A stretch of 64,000 nt of DNA. It comes from Candidatus Nealsonbacteria bacterium. Lineage in GTDB: Bacteria > Patescibacteriota > Minisyncoccia > Minisyncoccales > JANBVM01. This document shows, piece by piece, positions 56,920 through 64,000 of the stretch. The notes under the pieces were generated by a model. That model ran no database searches, was not told the DNA's origin, and saw nothing but the letters and a program-made list of their open reading frames with translations. Position 1 is the first letter of the stretch. Each line of letters opens with the position of its first letter. The stretch lies in NCBI GenBank assembly GCA_026016225.1, contig CP061210.1:258000-321999 (forward strand), given 5' to 3'. The position numbers were made by a program, and so were the translations under genes.

Positions 56920-59388
56920 GTGGCAATTTTAAATAAAATTTTTGGAAATGCTAATGAGAAATATTTAAAGAAACTGCAGCCTTTGGTTGATAAAATAAAT
57001 GGCCTCGAAAAAGAATTCGAGGGTTTTTCTAATGAGAAGTTAAAAGAAAAGACAAAAGAATTTAAAGAGAGACTGAGAAAAGGAGAAGCCTTAGATGATT
57101 TATTACCTGAAGCCTTCGCTTTAGTAAGAGAAGCTTCAAAAAGAACTTTAAATCAGAGACATTATGACTGCCAATTAATTGGAGGAATTGTTTTGCATCA
57201 AGGAAAAATTGCTGAAATGAAAACAGGGGAGGGAAAGACATTAGCTGCTACTTTGCCATTGTATTTAAATACCTTAGAAGAAAAGGGATGTCATTTGGTT
57301 ACCGTTAACGATTATTTAGCCAGAAGAGATACTGTTTGGATGGGTCAGATTTATCATGCTTTGGGATTAACTGTTGGTTGTCTAAATCATCAGCAATCTT
57401 TTTTGTATGACCCTGATTACAAAAAACCTGCCGAAGATAAAGAGAAAACAAGAGATGAGCTGGGCGGTTTTTATGTTGTTGAGGATTTCTTAAGACCCTG
57501 TCAAAGAAAAGAAGCTTATTTGGCTGACATCACTTATGGCACAAATAATGAGTTTGGTTTTGATTATTTAAGAGATAATATGGTTTATGAACTGAACCAG
57601 ATGGTTCAGAGAGAGTTTCATTATGCCATTATTGATGAAGTTGATTCAATTTTAATTGATGAAGCAAGAACTCCTTTAATTATTTCAGCTCCTGATATTG
57701 AAAGTTCAAAGTGGTATTTAGAATTTGCCAGAACTATTCCAAAACTTGATAAAGATAAAGATTACAAAATTGATGAAAAAATAAGAGTAGTTACCCTGAC
57801 AGAAGAGGGAATTAATAAAATTGAAAAGATATTAGGATTGAAAAATATTTATCAAGAAAAAGGAGTAAAATATTTGCATTATTTAGAACAGGCTTTAAGA
57901 GCTGAAGCTCTTTTTAGAAAAGACAGAGATTATGTGGTTAAAGATGGAAAAGTTATTATTATTGATGAATTTACCGGCAGATTGATGCCCGGTCGCCGAT
58001 GGTCAGGAGGTTTGCATCAGGCAATTGAGGCAAAAGAGAAAGTAAACGTAAATCCAGAGTCTCTTACTTTAGCTTCCATTACTTTCCAGAACTTATTTAG
58101 AACGTATAAAAAGTTGGCCGGTATGACGGGAACTGCCATTACTTCAGCTGAAGAGTTTGATAAGGTTTATAAATTGGGTGTAGTAATTGTTCCCACCAAC
58201 AAACCATTAATAAGAAAAAAATTACCGGACAGGATATACAAGACAAAGACCGGAAAATTAAAAGCATTAATTGAAGAAATAAAAAAAAGATACTTAAAAG
58301 GCCAGCCGGCTTTAGTGGGAACGAGGTCTGTTGAGAAAAACGAATATTTATCAAAGTTATTGGAAAGAGAGGGGATTCCTCATCAGGTCTTAAATGCAAA
58401 AAACCATCAAAAAGAGGGAGAGATTATTGCCCAGGCCGGAAAATTAAAAACTGTGACAATAGCTACCAATATGGCAGGTAGGGGAGTTGATATAATTTTA
58501 GGAGGCAATCCTCAAAATCCGGAAGAGGCAGAGAATATCAAAAAACTGGGAGGCCTCCATGTTATTGGAACTGAAAGACATGACGCAAGAAGGATTGATA
58601 ATCAGCTTCGGGGAAGGTCAGGGAGACAGGGCGACCCTGGTTCCAGCCAGTTTTTTCTCTCTTTAGAAGATGACTTAATCAGAGTCTTTGGAGGAGAGAA
58701 AATAAAATCTGTAGCTGAAATGTTAAAACTTCCAGAAGACCAACCGATTGAAGCAGGTTTGGTTTCTAAAGCAATTGAAGAGGCACAGTCAAGGATTGAA
58801 GGAATAAATTTTGATATAAGAAAACATGTTTTAGAATATGACGATGTGATGAATAAACACAGAGAGGTTGTTTATAAAAAAAGGAAAGAGACTTTAGAGA
58901 AAGCCCAAGAAGGAGAATTAGACCCTTTGATTTTAGAAATGTTTAACAAAACAGGATATTCCAGGAAAGATTATGAGAAAAAAAAGAAAGAAATTGGAGA
59001 AAAAAATATAAATCTGGTTGAAAAAATTATCTCTTTGAGAATTTTAGATATGTCTTGGATAAACCATTTAGAAAATATGAAGTATTTGAGAGATTCTGTA
59101 AGATTAAGGGCATATGGTAGAAAAGACCCTTTGCTTGAGTATAAAAAGGAGGGTTATAAGATGTTTAAAAAATTATTGTCAGGAATAGAAACAGCTATTG
59201 TCAATACTTTAATGAAAGCAAGTCTTTCTCCTGTTCAAGGTCAAAAGGTTAATACTCAAGCCAGACATAATGTTGAAGCCGGAAAGAAGAAACCTGGAAG
59301 AAATGACCCCTGTCCCTGTGGAAAGGTTAATCCTGAAACTGGCAAACCAATAAAATATAAAAAATGCTGTTATCCTAAATATGGATAA
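56920..59388 (+). CDS. secA: Preprotein translocase subunit SecA
   Basis: MKTGEGKT, IIDEVDSILIDEARTP, ATNMAGRG, QLRGRSGRQGDPG, C-terminal GRNDPCPCG..KYKKCC. Confidence 0.97.
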   Translation: MAILNKIFGNANEKYLKKLQPLVDKINGLEKEFEGFSNEKLKEKTKEFKERLRKGEALDDLLPEAFALVREASKRTLNQRHYDCQLIGGIVLHQGKIAEMKTGEGKTLAATLPLYLNTLEEKGCHLVTVNDYLARRDTVWMGQIYHALGLTVGCLNHQQSFLYDPDYKKPAEDKEKTRDELGGFYVVEDFLRPCQRKEAYLADITYGTNNEFGFDYLRDNMVYELNQMVQREFHYAIIDEVDSILIDEARTPLIISAPDIESSKWYLEFARTIPKLDKDKDYKIDEKIRVVTLTEEGINKIEKILGLKNIYQEKGVKYLHYLEQALRAEALFRKDRDYVVKDGKVIIIDEFTGRLMPGRRWSGGLHQAIEAKEKVNVNPESLTLASITFQNLFRTYKKLAGMTGTAITSAEEFDKVYKLGVVIVPTNKPLIRKKLPDRIYKTKTGKLKALIEEIKKRYLKGQPALVGTRSVEKNEYLSKLLEREGIPHQVLNAKNHQKEGEIIAQAGKLKTVTIATNMAGRGVDIILGGNPQNPEEAENIKKLGGLHVIGTERHDARRIDNQLRGRSGRQGDPGSSQFFLSLEDDLIRVFGGEKIKSVAEMLKLPEDQPIEAGLVSKAIEEAQSRIEGINFDIRKHVLEYDDVMNKHREVVYKKRKETLEKAQEGELDPLILEMFNKTGYSRKDYEKKKKEIGEKNINLVEKIISLRILDMSWINHLENMKYLRDSVRLRAYGRKDPLLEYKKEGYKMFKKLLSGIETAIVNTLMKASLSPVQGQKVNTQARHNVEAGKKKPGRNDPCPCGKVNPETGKPIKYKKCCYPKYG

Positions 59389-59954
59389 GTTAATTTAAGT
59401 AGCTTTTTTACTTTTCTGCTAAGCTTTGTAATATCCTTTCTGTTGCTTAACGTAAGTTTTTTATTTGTAACTAATGTGTGACAATTAGGGCAAAGCACTA
59501 TGAGGTTATCTATAGTATGAATCCCTCCTTGGTGTTTTGGCGTGATATGATGAGTTTCAACATGGATATTATATCCGCATAACTCGCAAGCATTGCCATA
59601 TTTTTTTATCGCTTGTTGCCTAATCCACGCTTTATGTTTTTTAACTTCGCCATATAAGTATTTTTTAATCCCTAATTTTCTTCGGCGGTACTTAACAGTC
59701 CACTGAGTAGCTCCTTGGAATCCCATTTTCTTTAATTCTTTTACAATTTCTTTATCAATCATTTTTTGACAACTTTTGCGAATGAAGTCGTCAACAAGTG
59801 AATGTGGTAATTTCTCCAGTGATTGATAAGCATCCTTTTTCAATTCTGGATACCCATGACGTTTAATTCTCGCTAGATGCATTAGGCAGTAAATTTCTTT
59901 AGTATTTTTATATCTGGTAAATTTCTTACATCCTCTTATTTTACACTTTGGCAT
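59370..59954 (-). CDS. Free-standing HNH endonuclease
   Basis: N-terminal CKIRGC..YCLMH zinc knuckle; CELCG..HHITPKHQGG..NLIVLCPNCH HNH motif; own TTGCTA-17-TATAAT promoter. Confidence 0.88.
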   Translation of the reverse strand: MPKCKIRGCKKFTRYKNTKEIYCLMHLARIKRHGYPELKKDAYQSLEKLPHSLVDDFIRKSCQKMIDKEIVKELKKMGFQGATQWTVKYRRRKLGIKKYLYGEVKKHKAWIRQQAIKKYGNACELCGYNIHVETHHITPKHQGGIHTIDNLIVLCPNCHTLVTNKKLTLSNRKDITKLSRKVKKLLKLTYPYLG

Positions 59955-60009
59955 GTTATCTTATTATATAATTTTAAACTCAAAATAGCAACAAACCTTT
60001 TATTTATAG

Positions 60010-60045
60010 AAATACAAAAGGTGTTGTTAGCTAAAATATGGATAA
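60010..60045 (+). repeat. Orphan degenerate copy of the secA 3' end
   Basis: KYKRCC*LKYG* versus KYKKCCYPKYG* (59353-59388), 29/36 nt identical. Confidence 0.85.
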
Positions 60046-60075
60046 AAAAATATTTAATATTCAATATTGAATATT

Positions 60076-60738
60076 ATGTTTTTCATTCCAATTACCATTT
60101 TCATTTTTATTCTTTTTATTTTATCTCTCCCTCTTTTGTTTGTCCTGGGTTATTTTCATATAGTGATGATTGGTTTTGAAAAACTGGGTATTTCGCCTGA
60201 AGCTACTTTATTTATTCTTTTTCTTATTTTGTTTGGTTCTTTAATTAATATTCCTTTGACAAAGAAAAAGATGATTTTGGTAAGAGAACCCCGTTTTTTC
60301 GGTCTTTTTAGTAGACCGAAAATAGAAGCTCATTATGTTGCCATTAATTTTGGGGGAGCTGTAATTCCCCTTTTACTTTCTTTTTATTTTTTACTGCAAG
60401 CTAAAGTTCAAGGATTTGAATTAAGACCTATCTTTATAGCTATTTTCCTGATGACCATTATCTCTAAAATTTTTGCTAAAGTTATTCCAGGAAAAGGAAT
60501 TGTTATGCCTACTTTTATCCCTCCTATTTTTTCAGCCCTTTTTGCTTTAATTTTAGTTCCTGAATTTGCAGCTCCTGTAGCTTTTATTTCCGGAGTGTTA
60601 GGAACTTTAATTGGAGCTGATATTCTAAACTTAAGGAAAATAAAAAGATATGGAGGATATATTTCTATTGGAGGAGCAGGAGTTTTTGATGGAATATTCT
60701 TGGTGGGAATTGTTTCTGCTTTAATATCTGGTTTTTAA
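60076..60738 (+). CDS. DUF1614-like membrane protein
   Basis: GSLINIP, INFGGAVIP, GTLIGAD, SIGGAGVFDGIFL. Confidence 0.78.
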   Translation: MFFIPITIFIFILFILSLPLLFVLGYFHIVMIGFEKLGISPEATLFILFLILFGSLINIPLTKKKMILVREPRFFGLFSRPKIEAHYVAINFGGAVIPLLLSFYFLLQAKVQGFELRPIFIAIFLMTIISKIFAKVIPGKGIVMPTFIPPIFSALFALILVPEFAAPVAFISGVLGTLIGADILNLRKIKRYGGYISIGGAGVFDGIFLVGIVSALISGF

Positions 60739-60792
60739 ACGAAGGAGGAAACTTGACGAGATTTTTTAGAAATGGTTAAATAAAATAATAAT

Positions 60793-61767
60793 ATGGAAAA
60801 ATTTGATTATCAAAAAATCTGTATAGATTTAATCTCTGGTTTAAAGGAAAGGGAAAAAGAAATTATTTCCCGTCGTTTTGGTCTAAAGGGAAAAGAAAGA
60901 GAAACTTTAGAGTCAGTCGGTAAAAACTTTGGTATTTGCCGGGAGAGGGTTCGCCAAATACAAAAAGTTAGTTTTGGAAAAATAAAACCAAAAACAGAAA
61001 AGTATCAAAAAGTTTTTCGTTATTTTCTTAACCATCTTAAAAATTGGGGAGGCCTAAGAAAAGAAAATGTTTTATTAGAAGAGCTTGGTGGAAAAATAGA
61101 AAATAATGAGGTTTATTTTTTATTAACCCTGCAAGAACCTTTTCAAAGATTTAATAAGAACGACGACTTTTATTCTTTATGGACAATAGATGAAAACCTC
61201 TATCTTTTAGCTAAAAAAGCTATTAATTCTGTTTTTACCCAGCTCAAAAAAATAAACAAACCTTTGCTTTTGGAAAAGTTAAATAAATCTTCTTTAAAAG
61301 AAAAAGCTTTGCTCTCTTATCTTGAGGTATCCAAAAAGATTCAGAAAAATGAGGAAGATTTATACGGCCTTTCAGATTGGCCGGAAATCAATCCCCGGGG
61401 AATAAAGGACAAAGCTTATTTAGTTTTTAAAAAAGCCTGCAAACCTCTTCATTTTAGTGAAGTTTCTAATTTAGTTAAAGATAGCCACGTTCAAACCGTT
61501 CATAATGAATTGATAAAAGACGATAGATTTATTTTAGTGGGCAGGGGAATTTATGCTTTGGCTGAGTGGGGATACTATCCAGGTCAGGTAAAAGATGTAA
61601 TTGTAAAAATTTTACAGGAAGCTGAGGAATCTTTAACAAGAGAAGAGATTTTAGAAAAAGTTTTAAAACAAAGACTAATCAAGAAAAATACCATTTTATT
61701 AAACTTAAGCAATAAACAATATTTTTTAAAAGATTCAGAAGGTAGATATAAAATAAACGAAGCTTAA
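60793..61767 (+). CDS. Sigma70 region-4 HTH fused to winged-helix (HARE-HTH/RNAP delta-like) domains
   Basis: RRFGL..ETLESVG..GICRERVRQI; later KPLHFSEV..HNELIKDDRFILVGRGIYALAEW. Confidence 0.72.
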   Translation: MEKFDYQKICIDLISGLKEREKEIISRRFGLKGKERETLESVGKNFGICRERVRQIQKVSFGKIKPKTEKYQKVFRYFLNHLKNWGGLRKENVLLEELGGKIENNEVYFLLTLQEPFQRFNKNDDFYSLWTIDENLYLLAKKAINSVFTQLKKINKPLLLEKLNKSSLKEKALLSYLEVSKKIQKNEEDLYGLSDWPEINPRGIKDKAYLVFKKACKPLHFSEVSNLVKDSHVQTVHNELIKDDRFILVGRGIYALAEWGYYPGQVKDVIVKILQEAEESLTREEILEKVLKQRLIKKNTILLNLSNKQYFLKDSEGRYKINEA

Positions 61768-61768
61768 A

Positions 61769-63106
61769 ATGTTCTTTGAGTTTTTGAGTGTGTATAATAC
61801 GGTGATAGAGGGAGTAAAGGGAATATTTTTCGGACCCTTTTTGGAAATTATTAAAAATTGGTGGTGGTTGGTTTTACTTTTTATTTTGGTAAAGCCTTTT
61901 TTATTTTTCTGGCATTGGTGGAGATTTGAGATTTTTTTAAAAAATGTTTTTAAACCAATTTTACTGGAGATTAAGATTCCAAAGGAGATTTCCAAACCAA
62001 TAAGAGCAATGGAGGATGTAATGAACAGTCTTCATAGGGTTGTTTATCATCCTCCCAATTGGTGGGAGGAATGGGTTGAGGGTCAATTTCAAACCTCTAT
62101 CGGACTTGAGATTGTTTCAATTGAAGGGAAAATACGTTTTTTTATCAGGGTTCACGAAGGTTATTTAGACGGCGTAAAGGCTGCTATTTATTCTCAATAT
62201 CCCGATGTTGAAATTACTGAAGTTGATGATTACGCCAAGCTTATTCCTCAAGACATTCCTAATAAGGATTGGGACCTTTGGGGAAGCGACTATAAATTAA
62301 CGAAAGCGGATTGCTACCCAATCTTAACCTATAAGAGTTTTGAGAAGGAGCAGGAGCCGGTTGAAGAAAGAATAGTAGACCCCGTAGCCAGTCTCTTAGA
62401 AGCATTGTCCAGGATAGGACCGGGAGAACAATTTTGGATTCAAATGTCAGCCAAGCCGATGGATCAAGAGAAAGCAGAGGCATGGGTTGAGAAATCAAAG
62501 CTGATAAGAGATAAATTAGCCAAGAGACCTGTGAAAACAGGAGGGCATAAGCCAATGGTGCTTGAGGCAGCTGAGATATTAATTACTGGTAAAGTTCCAG
62601 GAGAGCCAAAAAAGCCAGAGATAGAAATGTTTATACCACCTGAAATGAGAATGACGCCCGGTGAAAGAGAAATAGTAGCTTCAATAGAAGAAAAGATGTC
62701 CAAAGCTTTTTTTTCGACCACGATTAGATTTATTTATCTTGGCAAGAGAGACGTGTTCGTTAAACCAAAACTCAGACTTGCTTTTACCTTTTTTGGTAGT
62801 TTTTATACCCAGAGCCTTAATGGTTTAGTACCCGACGCCAGGACATTAACCAAGATTAAAAAATCCTGGTTTTTACCTCTGAATCTTATCCGTCCCCGGA
62901 GAATGTATTTGAGACAAAGAAAGCTGTTCAGGAATTATGTTAGTAGATTGTCTCCTTTCTTTCCCAGGTCCGGAGGAGATTTTATGCTCAACATTGAAGA
63001 GTTAGCGTCTCTTTTCCATTTCCCATCCTGGCGGGTAGCACCGGTACCCGGGGTTTCCAGGATTGAAGCAAAGAAAAAACCACCGCCAGAATTACCCAAA
63101 GAATAA
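61769..63106 (+). CDS. Membrane-anchored hypothetical protein
   Basis: N-terminal TM, LLEIKIP, YSQYPDVEI, LNIEELASLFHFP; directly upstream of a coupling-protein-like ATPase. Confidence 0.6.
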   Translation: MFFEFLSVYNTVIEGVKGIFFGPFLEIIKNWWWLVLLFILVKPFLFFWHWWRFEIFLKNVFKPILLEIKIPKEISKPIRAMEDVMNSLHRVVYHPPNWWEEWVEGQFQTSIGLEIVSIEGKIRFFIRVHEGYLDGVKAAIYSQYPDVEITEVDDYAKLIPQDIPNKDWDLWGSDYKLTKADCYPILTYKSFEKEQEPVEERIVDPVASLLEALSRIGPGEQFWIQMSAKPMDQEKAEAWVEKSKLIRDKLAKRPVKTGGHKPMVLEAAEILITGKVPGEPKKPEIEMFIPPEMRMTPGEREIVASIEEKMSKAFFSTTIRFIYLGKRDVFVKPKLRLAFTFFGSFYTQSLNGLVPDARTLTKIKKSWFLPLNLIRPRRMYLRQRKLFRNYVSRLSPFFPRSGGDFMLNIEELASLFHFPSWRVAPVPGVSRIEAKKKPPPELPKE

Positions 63107-63109
63107 TCT

Positions 63110-64000
63110 ATGAAAAAAAAAGATATAATTTTTTTTGCTGAAACGACTTTCAGAAGACAGCGCAATAAAGTGGGGATAAAAACAGACGATAGATATCGGC
63201 ATATTTATGTTATTGGAAAAACCGGAATGGGAAAAACGGTGATGTTAGAAAACATGATGATTCAGGATATTCGAGCAGGGAGAGGGGTGGGTATTATTGA
63301 TCCCCATGGAGAAGCTGCAGAGGATATTTTAGATTTTATTCCCAAAAACAGAATTAATGATGTTGTCTACTTTAATCCAGCTGATTTAAATTATCCCATT
63401 GCGTTTAATGTGATGGAAAAAGTGGAGCCAGAATATAGACATCTGGTAGCTTCAGGTTTAATGGAGGTATTTAAGAAGATTTGGCCTGACGTTTGGTCAG
63501 CGAGAATGGAGTATATTTTAGGAAATTCTATCTTAGCTCTTTTAGAATATCCCAATTCAACTCTTTTAGGCGTTAATAGGATGTTGGCTGACCCGGATTT
63601 TCGAGGAAAAATAGTATCAAAAATTAGAGACCCTGTTGTAAAATCCTTCTGGGTAAATGAATTTGCCCGCTATACCCAAAGGTATGAAGTAGAGGCAACG
63701 GCTGCCATTCAAAACAAAATCGGTCAACTTATTTCAAACCCCTTAATTAGAAATATTATAGGTCAGGTAAAATCAAAGATTGATATGAGAAAATTAATGG
63801 ATAAAGGAAAGATTTTGATTGCTAACTTATCAAAGGGGAAAATAGGTGAAGATAACTCAAAACTGTTAGGCGCTCTTTTAGTAACCAAACTGCAATTAGC
63901 TGCAATGTCAAGGGTAGATGTGCCGGAAGAGAAAAGAAAAGAGTTTTTCTTATATGTTGATGAGTTTCAAAATTTTGCTACAGGAGCTTTTGTTAGTATT
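63110..64000 (+). CDS. VirD4/TraG/HerA-like P-loop ATPase (partial, runs off window)
   Basis: RHIYVIGKTGMGKT Walker A, IIDPHGE, LYVDEFQNF Walker B. Confidence 0.85.
   Translation, partial: MKKKDIIFFAETTFRRQRNKVGIKTDDRYRHIYVIGKTGMGKTVMLENMMIQDIRAGRGVGIIDPHGEAAEDILDFIPKNRINDVVYFNPADLNYPIAFNVMEKVEPEYRHLVASGLMEVFKKIWPDVWSARMEYILGNSILALLEYPNSTLLGVNRMLADPDFRGKIVSKIRDPVVKSFWVNEFARYTQRYEVEATAAIQNKIGQLISNPLIRNIIGQVKSKIDMRKLMDKGKILIANLSKGKIGEDNSKLLGALLVTKLQLAAMSRVDVPEEKRKEFFLYVDEFQNFATGAFVSI

Noticed and set aside
224..63165. Numerous 60-200 aa antisense or off-frame ORFs (for example 506..1021, 13863..14237, 27462..28055, 28722..29327)
   Set aside because: They lie within well-supported genes and show no recognisable motifs; they are shadows of codon bias

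Overview
AT-rich bacterial chromosome segment using genetic code 11 (TGA is a stop). Gene content suggests a Patescibacteria/CPR (Parcubacteria-like) organism; this is inference. From left to right: ftsA end, ftsZ, intein-containing nrdD, nrdG and comEC; a glycosyltransferase/glycosidase/methyltransferase block; htrA, clpB and a degenerate protease; an accessory region (15.7-23.3 kb) with two NYN RNases, HicBA, a lamin-tail surface protein and many small repeats; a regulator/ECF sigma/anti-sigma block before a large S-layer-like gene; a ~20 kb glycan biosynthesis locus; murB, a protamine-like peptide, hpf and a four-gene polyamine operon with a BpsA-like enzyme; secA, a free-standing HNH endonuclease, and a VirD4/HerA-like ATPase cut by the window edge. 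The most striking unannotated signals are: (i) four genes whose last 9-21 codons reappear downstream as a diverged, mostly synonymously recoded orphan copy, each bracketing an insert (28 bp, an HNH gene, an HTH-NYN gene, the whole glycan locus); (ii) two adjacent, separately promoted, mutually complementary small RNAs upstream of murB; (iii) promoter-to-UUCG-hairpin micro-transcripts and tRNA-like att remnants around the NYN/HicBA cassettes; (iv) an intein that appears to start with Thr. All protein calls come from motif recognition by eye; no database searches were run.
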